This document shows positions 47,863 through 59,599 of a DNA stretch of 64,000 bases, piece by piece; position 1 is the stretch's first letter; each line of letters opens with the position of its first letter. Location of the stretch: positions 21,762,001-21,826,000 of the forward strand of contig NC_135901.1 in assembly GCF_964194155.1 (NCBI RefSeq), written 5' to 3'. A program made the translations under genes and the position numbers. The stretch comes from Cetorhinus maximus (taxonomy: Eukaryota). The notes under the pieces are model-generated. The model ran no database searches. It saw nothing but the letters and a program-made list of their open reading frames with translations, and was not told the origin of the DNA.

Positions 47863-50090
47863 ATCTACCTCACGGAGGCTGAGCGTCAACTCGCAGACAC
47901 TTCCTCCTACCTCTCCCTGGACCATGACCCCACCACGGAACATCAAGCCATTGTTTCCAGGACTGTCACTGACCCCATCTCCTCTGGAGATCTTCCTTCC
48001 ACAGCTTCCAACCTGATAGTCGCCCAACGTCGGATGGCCCGCTTCTACCTCCTACCCAAAATCCACAAACAGGATTGTCCCGGCAGACCGATCGTGTCAG
48101 CTTGTTCCTGCCCCACGGAACTCATTTCTCGCTATCTTGACTCCCTTCTCTCTCCCCTTGTCCAGTCCCTTCCCACCTACATCCGTGATTCCTCTGACAC
48201 CTTACGTCACGTCAACGATTTCCAGTTGCCTGGCCCCAAACGCCTCCTCTTCACCATGGACGTCCAATCCCTCTACACCTCCATCCCCCACCGGGATGGT
48301 CTGAGGGCTCTCCGCTTATTCCTTGAACAGAGGCCCGAACAATCCCCATCCACCACTACTCTCCTCCATCTAGCTGAACTTGTTCTCACACTGAACAATT
48401 TCTCCTTTAACTCCTCTCACTTCCTCCAAATAAAAGGTGTGGCTATGGGCCCCAGCTATGCCTGTCTCTTTATGGGGTATTTGGAACATTCCTTGTTCCA
48501 GTCCTACTCCGGCCCCCTTCCACAACTCATTCTCTGGCACATCGATGATTACTTCAGTGCTGCTTCATGCTCTCGTCGGGACCTGGAAAAATTTATTAAC
48601 TTCACTTCCAATCTCCACCCCACCATCATTTTCACATGGTTCATCTCTGACACTTCCCTTCCCTTCCTTGACCTCTCTGCCTCAATTTCTGGTGATAGAC
48701 TGTTCACCAATATCCATTACAAGCCTACCGACTCGCACAGCTACCTCGACTACAGCTCCTCACACCCCGCTTCCTGAAAGGACTCCATCCCATTCTCTCA
48801 GTTCCATCGCCTCCATCGCATCTGTTCTGATGATGCCACTTTCAAAAACAGTTCCTCTGACATGTCCTCCTTCTTCCTTAACCGAGGTTTTCCACCCACG
48901 GTAGTTGACAGGGCCCTCAACCGTGACCAGCTCATCTCCCGCGCATCCGCCCTCATGCCTTCTCCTCCCTCCCAGAAACATGATAGGGTCTCCCTTGTCC
49001 TCACTTATCACCCCACCAGCCTCCACATTCAAAGGATCATCCTCCGCCATTTCCACCAACTCCAGCATGATGCCACCACCAAACACATCTTCCCTTCACC
49101 CCCCCGGCGGCATTCCGTGGGGATCGTTCCCTCCGTGACACCCTGATCCACTCCTCCATCACCCCCTACTCCTCAACCCCCTCCCACGGCACCTTCCCAT
49201 GTGACCGCAGAAGATGCAACACCTGCTCCTTCACTTCCTCTCTCCTCACCATCCAAGGGCCCAAACACTCCTTTCAAGTGAAGCAGCATTTCACTTGCAC
49301 TTCCCTCAACCTAGTCTACTGCATTCATTGCTCCCAATGCGGCTTCCTCTACACTGGAGAGACCAAACGCAGACTGGGTGACCGCTTTGCAGAACACCTT
49401 CGGTCTGTCCGTAAGCATTACCCAGACCTCCCTGTCTCTTGCCATTTCAACACTCCACCCTTCTCTCATGCCCACATGTCTGTCCTTGGCTTGCTCCATT
49501 GCTCCAGTGAAGCTCAACGTAAACTGGAGGAACAGCACCTCATCTTCCAACTAGGCACTTTACAGCCTTCCGGACTGAATATTGAGTTCAACAATTTTAT
49601 ATCTTGAACGCTTTCCTCCATCCCCACCCCCTTTCCGTTTCTTCCTCCTCCTTTTTGTTTTTTCCAATAACTTATATAGATTTTTCTTTTCCCACCTATT
49701 TCCATTATTTTTAAATGTATTTCTACCCATTGTTTATCTCTACCTTTTAGCACTTTTAGTATTCCCCCACCCTCACTACAGCTCTCTGTACCTTATCTGT
49801 CCTGCGTTCCACTCTTAATTAGCACATTCCTTTAGATAATATCACCACCTTCAACACCTCTTTGTCCTTTTGTCCGTGACTTCTTTTGGTTATCTCCACC
49901 CATTACTGGCTACTTGTCCCAACAGCGCCCCCCCCCCCCACCCCTTAAACAAGCTTATATTTCACCCCTTTCCTATTTTTACTTAGTTCTGTTGAAGGGT
50001 CATGAGGACTCGAAACGTCAACTGGGCTCTTCTCCGCCGATGCTGCCAGACCTGCTGAGTTTTTCCAGGTATTTCTGTTTCTGTTTTTTT
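47863..50090 (+). mobile_element. Penelope-like retroelement (Neptune-type), 5'-truncated: RT, Zn-knuckle, GIY-YIG, pLTR with hammerhead
   Basis: FYLLPKIHK..PGRPIVS, TMDVQSLYTSIP, GVAMG, HIDD; CDRRRCNTC linker (~49200); NLVYCIHCSQCGFLYTGETKRRLGDRFAEH; a few stops and indels. Confidence 0.93.
49984..50024 (+). ncRNA. Minimal hammerhead-like motif in PLE 3' region
   Basis: tagtt-CTGTTGA-A-gggtc atgag gactc-GAAAC-GTC-aactg; GUC cleavage triplet, non-canonical position 6. Confidence 0.6.
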
Positions 50091-50129
50091 AGAAATTCAG
50101 AACATTCTCTCCTCCAGCTGACATGGACA

Positions 50130-50425
50130 GGGATGGCCGCGCATGCGCCCTGTCGCACATTGCCGCTGATCAACATGGCTGCCGTTCACCTCGCTTTGCA
50201 GCTTCACCTCGCTTGGAAACGGGGACCGGCAGCTTCGAGTTCGGCAGTCTGAAGCTTACATAACATGTTTAAAAAACCTTTCGGTCCACTGTTCGGGTCC
50301 ATCTCTCCATCCATCCCTCCACTCAGCTTTTCCGATCGGACCCAACAAACAAGCTTCCATCCGTCGCCATTACTCGCTCCGCGCATGCTCAGACACAGTT
50401 CGACACTGCGCCTGCGCACTGACCT
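50130..50425 (-). promoter_or_regulatory. CpG promoter/first exon, probably for ZNF 44887-45351
   Basis: CGCGCATGCGC (50138), CAACATGGCTGCC YY1-like, GCGCATGC (50381), TGCGCCTGCGCA; paralogous to 16720-17045. Confidence 0.7.
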
Positions 50426-50455
50426 CCTGTTGTGTGCATAGGGGACATTCTCTAC

Positions 50456-51725
50456 AAAACAAAAACAGAATTACCTGGAAAAACTCAGCAAGTCTGGCAG
50501 CATCGGCGGAGAAGAAATCAGTCAACGTTTCGAGCCTTCATGGCCCTTCGGCAGAACTGCAGCATAGTTTCAACAAGGGAGAAATATAAATTGGTTTAAG
50601 GTGGGTGGGGGGTGGGGGTGGGGGGGAAAGAGACACATTGAGGGTGTGGTGTGAGCAGATAATAATCAAAAGATGTCACAGACAAAAGGGTCAAAGAGGT
50701 GTTGAAGGTGGTGGTCTTTGTCTGAGAAAAGTGCTAATTAAGAATGGAAAACAGGATATTCAAAGTACAGCTCTAGTGGGGGTGGGGTGGAAAGACTAAA
50801 GGTTTTAGTTTTAGATTTAAAAATAATGGAAATAGGTGGGGAAAGAAGAATCTATATAAATTATTGAAAAAAAAGGCGGGTGGGGGGGGAAAAGAAACGG
50901 GGTGGGGATGGGGGGAGGGGGAGTTTAAGATCTAAAGTTGTTGAATTCAATATTCAGCCCAGAGGGCTGTAAAGTGCCTAGTCGGAAGATGAGGTGCTGT
51001 TCCTCCAGTTTGCGTTGGGCTTCACTGGAACAATGCAGCAAGCCAAGGACAGACACGTTGGCAAGAGAACAGGGTGGAGTGTTAAAATGGCAAGCGACAG
51101 GGAGTGAAGCCCAACGCACACTGGAGGAACAGCACCTCATCTTCCGACTAGGCACTTTACAGCCCTCTGGGCTGAATATTGAATTCAACAACTTTAGATC
51201 TTAAACTCCCCCTCCCCCCATCCCCACCCCGTTTCTTTTCCCCCCCCACCCGCCTTTTTTTTCAATAATTTATATAGATTCTTCTTTCCCCACCTATTTC
51301 CATTATTTTTAAATCTAAAACTAAAACCTTTAGTCTTTCCACCCCACCCCCACTAGAGCTGTACTTTGAATATCCTGTTTTCCATTCTTAATTAGCACTT
51401 TTCTCAGACAAAGACCACCACCTTCAACACCTCTTTGACCCTTTTGTCTGTGACATCTTTTGATTATTATCTGCTCACACCACACCCTCAATGTGTCTCT
51501 TTCCCCCCCACCCCCACCCCCCACCCACCTTAAACCAATTTATATTTCTCCCTTGTTGAAACTATGCTGCAGTTCTGCCGAAGGGCCATGAAGGCTCGAA
51601 ACGTTGACTGATTTCTTCTCCGCCGATGCTGCCAGACTTGCTGAGTTTTTCCAGGTAATTCTGTTTTTGTTTTGTTTTGGATTTCCAGCATCCGCAGTAG
51701 CTTTTAGCTTTTTGTTTTTATCTTT
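50456..51725. mobile_element. Large palindromic Penelope-like insertion with 15-bp TSD
   Basis: Arms 50456-51026 and 51103-51673 are inverted and near-identical around a 76-bp spacer; TSD ggggaYattctctac at 50441-50455 and 51726-51740; GIY-YIG C-terminal coding sequence in both arms. Confidence 0.95.
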
Positions 51726-51924
51726 GGGGATATTCTCTACCGCGGCGAATGCTAAGTAACCTCCCCCCCCACCCCTCAAATTGAAAGTACAAAGTAGGAT
51801 ATCCTGATTTGTTTCCCTGTTACAGAGTGGAGACTGGGGCCGGAGAGGCCAATAATAAAGTTAAAGAACAAATTATACTGAAAGCCAACTGCATGGGCTG
51901 TTCATTATCCACCGGTAAGAAGGA

Positions 51925-52800
51925 GAACAGCATCAAAAATGGCAGAATCCAACGCCTGCAGTCACGTAAACTCACCGGTGTCTCAGCTGGTGGGAAGAAC
52001 AAGTGAATCACTGCCCACACACAGAGAACATTTAAACAGTCTCTCTCTGGTATGAATGTGCTGCATTCATCAAATCCTTTAGAACCATAAAAACAGTTAT
52101 GGTGCAGAAAGAGGCCATTCAGCCAATTGTGCCTGTGCCGGCCAAAAAAGAGAAAAAGAAACCAGCCACTCATTTTTATTCCACTTTCCAGCACCTGGTC
52201 CGTGTCCTTGCATGTTCCAGCACTTCAGATGCAGATCCAGATAACTTCTAAATGAGTTGAGCATTTCAGCGTCAACTCCCAACTTAGGTAGTGAATTCCA
52301 GTTGCACACTGCCCTCTGAGTGAAAAAAGTTTTTCCTCATATCCCCACTAATCCTTCTCCCAATCACTTTAAATCTATGCTGCCTGATAATTGACCCCTC
52401 AGCTGGGGGAAACAAGATTTTCCTGTCTACTCTATCTCGGCTCCTCAAAATTTTGTACACTTTAATAGGGTCACCTCTAATTAGCCTTCTCTGTTCTAAG
52501 GAAAACAAGCCCAGCCTATCCAATATCTCCTCATAGCTGCAATTTTCAAACCCCGTCAACATTCTTGTAAATCTCCTCTAGACTCTTTCCAGAGCAATTA
52601 TGTGAACTTTCTAAGTTGTTGGGAAGACTGAGTAAACCCTCTTGCACTCATGAAATACCTGAGCAGTGTATCCATTGTGACTGTTGCTGTGTCACTAAAT
52701 GGGATGGCCGAGTGAATCCTTTTCCACTCTCAGCCAATAAAGATCCTCTCCCTGGTGCCACAGCATCCAAAGTTTTTCAGCTTAGACTGGTAATAGAATC
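51925..52800 (-). pseudogene. Decayed ZNF remnant split by a CR1 (52082-52600, -)
   Basis: Reverse strand FKCSLCVGSDS..LRHR and GKGFTRPSHLVTQQQSQ segments; 3' UTR start ctgcaggcgttggattctg; CR1 LDRLGLFSLEQRRL. Confidence 0.6.
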
Positions 52801-53364
52801 GCTCCTTAAAGTAGACAACAACAGCTTGCATTTATACAGCACCTTTAATGTAATAAAAACGTCCTGAGATGCTTCACATGAGAGTTAACAATCCCCATGT
52901 TAACACAGTCTGTGCTTGTGTCTCTCATTTGGTATAATTTTGCTATAATTTCCATACAAGAAAATTGGGAATACACATATTTTACCAACATAATTGTACA
53001 TCACTCCTCTGGATGTAAAATAATAGATTCTCTGGCTCAGTTTGATCTGTGCCTTGGTAGATCTGTTAGGAATATACTTGATGTTTGCTATATCACACAC
53101 ATTTATTTCAGTTGAAGGTCTTGATGCTGATTGTCTCCCAGGCAGAATTATTCCAACAACTTTAATAATCAGTATTTCTTATTTCTGAGCTTTGTTTCTA
53201 CTGCTTCTGCATCCAGTTGACCCCCTTGTTACTTCTCATTTCTATTTTAGCTCATTTTTCTTCACTATCCTTTTTCCTTATACATTTCCCATCTACATCC
53301 TACCGGCCCAGACCGATTTTCTTCCCAGAGTTAATAAGGATATTAGATGTGTCATGAAGCAGTC

Positions 53365-54422
53365 TACTCTCCATCATGTGTAAAGTAATGGAAGGGGTCA
53401 TCAACAGTGCTATCAAGTGGCACTTGCTTAGCTATAACCTGCTCACTGACGCCAAGCTTGGGTTCCGCCAGGACCACTTGGCTCCTGACCTCATTACAAC
53501 CTTGGTTCAAACATGGACAAAACAGCTGAACTCCCGAGGTGAGGTGAGAGTGACTGCCCTTGACATCAGGGCAGTGTTTGACCGAGTGAGGACGCCCAGC
53601 AAAACTGGAGTCAATGGGAATCATGAGGAAAACTCCCCGCTGGTTCGAGTCATACCTAGCACACAGGAAGCTGGTTGTGGCTTTTCGAGGTCAGTCATCT
53701 CAGCTCTGGGACATCACTGCAAGAGTTCCTCATGGTAGTGTCCAAGGCCCAACCACCTTCAGCTGCTTCATCAATGACATTCCTTCCATCATAAGGTCAG
53801 AAGTGGGGATGTTCGCTGATGATTGCACAATGTTCAGCACCAAGAAAGAATCTGACTATCGCCCCTTGATGTTGTATTACCATCACTGGATCCCCCACTA
53901 TCAACGTCCTGGGGGTTACCATTAACCATAAACTGAACTGGAATAGCCATATAAATATTGTAGCCACAAAAGCAGGAATCATGCGACGAGTAACTCACCT
54001 CCTGACTCTCCAAAGCCTGTCCATCATCTACAAGGCACAAGTCAGGAGTGTGATAGAATACTCTTCACTTGCCTGGATGTGCAGTTCCCACAACACTCAA
54101 GAAGCTTGACACCACCCAGGACAAAGCAGCTCACTTGATTGGCACCACATCCACAAATGTTCACTCCCTCCACCACCGATGCACAATAGCAGCAGCATGT
54201 ACCATCTACAAAATGCACTGCAGGAATTCACCAAGGCATTTCGACAGAACCTTCCAAACCCATGACCACTGCCATCTAGAAGGGCAAGGGCAGCAGATAG
54301 ATGGGAACACTACCACCTGGAAGTTCCCCTCCAAGTCACTCACCATCCTGACTTGGAAATATATCGCCGTTCCTTCACTGTCATTGGGTCAAATTCCTGG
54401 AACTCCCTTCCTAACAGCACTG
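53365..54422 (+). mobile_element. CR1-clade LINE family B with internal deletions
   Basis: KVMEGVINSAIK, ALDIRAVFDRV, MFADDCTMFST. Confidence 0.9.
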
Positions 54423-54589
54423 GCTGAAGAGCTTTGGTGTCGAGTGCACATACATGGCTACCTGCTCCTCACCCCCTCAGCACAGCTCCTGGCCTCTCTC
54501 TTTCCTTTCGTGCTCCACACATCATTGAAGTTTCCCGAATGCTGCTGTTGTGGTTTAAAGTCTCGGTTTAAAGTCTCAAGCAAAGGACA

Positions 54590-54725
54590 GCACGTCTGAC
54601 AGTGCAGGACTCTCTCAGTCCTCTGGGGCGTGTTAACCTCGATTGCTGTTCTCAAAGTCTTAACCATGGGAATTGACCTCATAACCTTCCCACATAGAGG
54701 TGAACGTGCTATCAACAGAGTCACA
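54590..54725 (-). mobile_element. SINE head fragment (same family as 37698-38132)
   Basis: tctgacagtgcag.actc.ctcag...ggaattgacctcataacct resembles 38003-38130. Confidence 0.45.
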
Positions 54726-55129
54726 GCAAAACAAACAATTCAACTTGGGAAAACATTTGAGGTGCCATAACCTACAAACCTATGGAGGAAGAATTTAGAA
54801 TGCATTGCTCTTTTCCTGCCAGCATGGATAAGGTGGATCAAATGGCCTCCTAGGACGTAACTATTTCTATTGTTCATTGTGTATCTTGTGAATGTTTGCT
54901 CAATTGAGGCTTGAAAAGGTCACATTAAGTGAAAGAAAACTGATCCACAGTGACTCAAAATATTGGCATATGCTGGAAATCCAAACTCAAGCAAGAAAAT
55001 GTCGGAAACCAAGCAGGTTAAACCGTATCTATGAAGAGGGAAACAGAGTGAATGTTTCTGGTCAGTGACCCTTTACCCAAACTGGAAGAGTTTTGGAGAT
55101 TCTTCACCTTGGGGAAGTGCAGTGGGAGA

Positions 55130-55660
55130 GGTGGAGCTGTCAGCTGCTCGGAACCGGCCGGCGCTGAGTTCAAAAGGAGAGTGAAAAAAAACACATTGTG
55201 ACATCACAGGAAAGAAGCAATTTGATTGGTTGGAGAAGAAGCTGGCTACTTGCTGAGTATCTGGTGAGTATCTTCATAAATGTTTAAGGTTTATTATATG
55301 TCTAAAATTTAGAATAAAGTAAGAACTGTACTTTTTGGTAAGGTTTATTAAGTAAGATTTAAAAGTTTAAGTGATTTAAAAGCTTAAGGCATGGCAGGAC
55401 AGCTCAGAAAAGTGGAATTCCCGTCCTGTGGCATGTGGGGAGTTGTGGACACTTCTCGTGACCCAGACGAGCCCATGTACAGCAAGTGCACAAGCTTGAG
55501 CTCTGTGTTTCAGAGCTTGAGCAGCGGTTGGAGTCACCGTCTGTGAGGCAGAGAACTCCATGGATACCACGTTCAGAGAGATGGTCACACTACAAGTTAG
55601 GGGCAAGCAGGCAGATAGTGAATGGGTGACCGCCAGGCAGTCTAAGAGAAATGGGCAGGC
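55130..55660 (+). mobile_element. CR1 5' UTR and ORF1 N-terminus
   Basis: MAGQLRKVEFPSCGMWGVVD...ELEQRLES...FREMVT...EWVTARQ. Confidence 0.65.
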
Positions 55661-55905
55661 ATTCTGGATCTCTGGAAGGTTGTAAAATGGCGAATTGACA
55701 GGTGAGGTTCTCTTCTCTGAGCTTCCATTAAGATTGAAAGGAACAGTTCCAGAGGCCGAAGACAGAGAGGAGTTTGTTCTGTTATTTACACATCAGACAG
55801 AACTATGTGGAGGTTCTGTGCAACTTGGTTGTTGTATTAATTGATTTAATAATTTTATATCTTTGTCCTGTGGCTCCATTGTAATCTGATCGCAAAACAT
55901 AATTT

Positions 55906-56912
55906 TAGTACATAAAATTAGTATGCGGGTACAGCCATTGATAAGGAAGGCAAATTTAAAGTTGCTGTTTATTGCAAGGGAAATGGAATATAAAAGTCGG
56001 GGTGTTGTGCTACAGTTGGACAGGGTATTGGTGAGACCTCATCTATAGTACTGTATAGTTTTCGTCTCCTTGTTTAAGAAAGGATATAAATACAGAATAA
56101 GTTTAGAGAAGGTTCACTAGACTAATAGACTGGGATGGTGGGGCGGTGGGAGGGGGAGGGGAGTGGGGGGTGGGTGGGGTTGATGGGCGGTAGTGCTATC
56201 TTGCAAGGAAAGGTTGGACAGGCTGGGCCTGTATCCATTGGAGTTTTGAACGTTAAGAAGTGAATTTATTGAAATATATAAGATCCTGAGGGGACCTGAG
56301 AGGATGGATGCCAAAAGGATGTTTTCCCTTGTGGGAGAGACTAGATCTAGGGGACACAGTATAAAATTAAGGGGTCTCCCATTTAATACAAAGATTAGGT
56401 GGAATTTTTTCTCTCAGAAGGTCATGAATCTTTATAACTCTCTTCCCCGGAGAGCAGTGGAGGCAGTGTTAGTGAATATTTTAAAGCAGGCGGAGGTAGA
56501 TTCTTGATTGACAAGGTGGTCAAAGGTTATCAGGGCAAGCAGAACATACGACCATATGAACAAGGAGCCGCAGTAGGCCATTCAGCCCTTCGAGCCTGCT
56601 CCACCATTTAATAAGATCATGGCTGATCTGATAGTAACCTGAAATCTGCATCCCACCTACCCCTGATAACCTATCACCCCCTTGCTTATTAAGAATCTAT
56701 TTACCTCTGCCTTAAAAATATTCAAAGTCTCTGCTTCCACTGCCTTTCTTGAAGAGAGTTCCAAAGCTTCACGACCCTCTGAGTGAAAAATAATTCGTCT
56801 CATCTCTGTTTTAAATGGGCGACTCCTTATTTGGAGCTGAGGCCAAAATCAGGTCTTATTAAATAGCGGATTCGAAGGTCCGAATGGACCTCCTGCTCCC
56901 AATTCGTATTGG
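55906..56912. mobile_element. CR1 (+) with a nested CR1 3' end (-, 56543-56830)
   Basis: RMFSLVGETRSRGHSIKLRGLPFNT; CR1 tails in both orientations; interrupts sequence paralogous to 20911-21100. Confidence 0.8.
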
Positions 56913-56939
56913 TAATTTTCTATTGAACAACATTGCCTT

Positions 56940-57370
56940 TCAATGGCGAGGCTCTTACCCAGCATTCGCGACAAAAGAGAACGTGCCCCAAACTCAATGC
57001 AGGAGCCACTTGCGCAGGCGCAGTGGCGAGTTGTGGAGTAAGCATGCACATTGCCGTCTCACACAGGAGCATGCGCAGCGCGGTTCTAAAGGCGCGTGCG
57101 CATATTTGGTGCTGGCTTTTCAGTGAGGCGGTCAACTTGACGCCGCAGCCTCTAAGAAATGGCCGATTGTAGGAGGACAGTAAAGTTGGTGGACCGGGTC
57201 GGGAGGCTTCATAAACACGCAGTGGAGACCTCAAAATCCGAATAAGAAACTCTGTGTCCTGCGTTGCCATGAAACGGAGCTGCAGCTGAGGGACTTAACC
57301 TGACGACAGACGGAGATTAACGGCCGGCATCTTTATATGGTCATGTGCAGCGGTGCGCATGCGCGGTCAT
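56940..57370 (+). promoter_or_regulatory. CpG promoter/first exon of ZNF pseudogene 58624-59255
   Basis: TGCGCAGGCGCA, GAGCATGCGCAG, GCGCGTGCGCA, TGCGCATGCGCG (57354). Confidence 0.7.
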
Positions 57371-57699
57371 TCATGTCCCTGTCAACAGGAGGAGAGTATA
57401 TTGTGCATTTCTACCCTGGACTGTCAGGGATGGATTTTGGAAGTTCAATTTACAGGGGGTTAGAAGGGGAGCATTTACACACAGCAAACTCAAATCAAAA
57501 GTTGAAATGCTTTTCCCTTCTGAATTTTTAATCTTGGACTGACAGTGGTGACTTCTTTTTGAATAGGTCATTAGAAGACCAGGATTTGAAGGCAGGAAAC
57601 TCAAACCAAGCAACGCATCAAAACCTGACAGAGTACAGTCGATTCATCAGGACCTGAATGTATGTTGTCCTGTGGCAATAGATTTAAACATCTGTGCAA

Positions 57700-58230
57700 C
57701 TGGAAATAGGGAAGGGAAAGTCATTGAGGAATTCAGAAAGAAGGATGAGAATTCTAAATTTAGATGCTGCATAACTAGGGGCTTATGTAGGTCAGCAAGG
57801 ACAGGGTGATGGGTGGGTGAGTGAGTGGGACTCAGTGCAGAGGATATAGTCAGCAGAGATTTAGATAATCTCAAGTTTCTGAGGAGGTGAATGTGAGAAT
57901 CCAGCCAGAAGTGTGTTAGAATAGCCAGGTCTAGAGATAACAAAAGAATGGATGAGAGTTTCAGAAACATGAGCTGAGACGGTGCAAAGTTGAGCAATGT
58001 GACTAAGATAGAAATAGGCACTGTTCGAGATGGCACAGATATGTGGTTGGAAGTTCAGCTGGGGGTTAAATGTGACAGTCTGGTTCAACTGTAGATAGCC
58101 AGGGAGACAGATGGACTGGATGGAGTCATTGGCTCGGGAATGGAGTTTGCAGTTAGGACTAAAGACATGGCTTCAGTCTTACTAATATTTAAATGGGAGG
58201 AAATTCCTGTTCATCCAGTACTGGATGTCA
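57700..58230 (-). mobile_element. L2 LINE fragment in ZNF intron
   Basis: LNFQPHICAISNSAYFYLSHIAQL...ETLIHSFVISRPGYSNTLLAG (L2 C-terminus). Confidence 0.8.
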
Positions 58231-58623
58231 GTCAAGCCGGGACGATGTGTGACTTGGAGGAGAACTTGAACGTGATGGTGTTCACACACACCTGCTCCTT
58301 TGGTCCTTATAGGTTGTGGAGGATCTGGTTGAATTTTATGTATGTAAAATCCCTCTCCTTTGCTCCTTGCTGCTCCCATCCCTCTCTCCTCCAGTTGAGG
58401 TCAGATTCTTGTGTAGGCCAAGATCAGATGGCAGATTCCCATCTTTGAAGGACATTAGTGAACCAGTTGGGTTTTTTGACAATCCAGCAGCTTTCATGGT
58501 CACTTTTTCCTAGTGCCGGCCCCACAAATTACCAAATTCATTCAGCTCAATTTCACAACCTGCCTTTGTGTTTTTGTGGGTTCTCTCTCACTCCCTTTCA
58601 TCTGTTTTAAATCAATTTCACAG

Positions 58624-59255
58624 GGTCTTCGAAGGGGAGGATTTGCAGTGGGGAAACTCAAACCAAACATCACATCAGAATCTGTCGGAGTCACCCAATT
58701 TGTTGGAACATAAATATCATCAGGTTTTGGACATGGAAGGGAAATGCACCATTCACAGTGGAGAGAAACCATACACGTGTTCTGTGTGTGGACGAGTCTT
58801 CAGCCGATTATCTGATCTGTCAAAACACAAATACAATGGGGAGAAGCCATGGAATTGTGAGGATTGTGGGAAGAGATTCATATCCCCTTCTCAGCTCGAA
58901 ACTCCAACGGAGTCATACAGGGGGACGCCATTCACCTGCTCCAAGTGTGGGAAGGGATTCACTCAGACATCTTACCTGCTGAGACACCAACGATTTCACA
59001 CTGGGTAAAGGCCGTTCACCTGCTCCATGTGTGAGCAGGGATATACTCAGTCATCCGACCTACTGAGACATCTGTGAGTTCACAATGGGGAGAGACCATT
59101 TATCTGCTCAGAATGTGGGAAGGGATTCACCCAGTCATCTAGCCTGCTCAGACATCAACAAATTCACACTGGGGAGAGACCGTTCACCTGCTCCAAGTGT
59201 GGGAAAGGATTCAGTCAGCCAACCCATTTGCTGAGACACCAAGGAGTTCATAGTA
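58624..59255 (+). pseudogene. ZNF pseudogene (~6 fingers)
   Basis: ATG at 58733 ([12 protein letters not shown]), deletions in fingers 1-2, TAA at 59006, TGA near 59075; conserved 3' UTR 59255-59390. Confidence 0.85.
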
Positions 59256-59599
59256 ACTACAGTGATTGAATTTTGCTATTAATCACAACCAGGACTGAAC
59301 CATGTTCATTGGGGTCTGTTTCTGCTGATGTTAACAATCTCCAGCCAGTTATAGAGACTAATATTCTGGATAAAATGCAAATAAATCATTTTTGTACTAA
59401 ACACACAGCATCTTGAATGTTTTTAATATTTTTAACACTTTAATTCTTTTTGAAGTGCTCTCCCTCTCCCCTCCGTCCTCACCTCCAACAACAACTGTGA
59501 GGAGCTCATGGAGCTTCTTTGCCACTAAGATTGAAACAATCCAATCAGCTGCTTCCCTCTAACTAACCCAATGGGCTGAACTGCCTTCAAATTTCATCC

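Noticed and set aside
50605-51524. Two pairs of identical small ORFs as duplicated genes
   Set aside because: They arise from the inverted arms of the PLE palindrome
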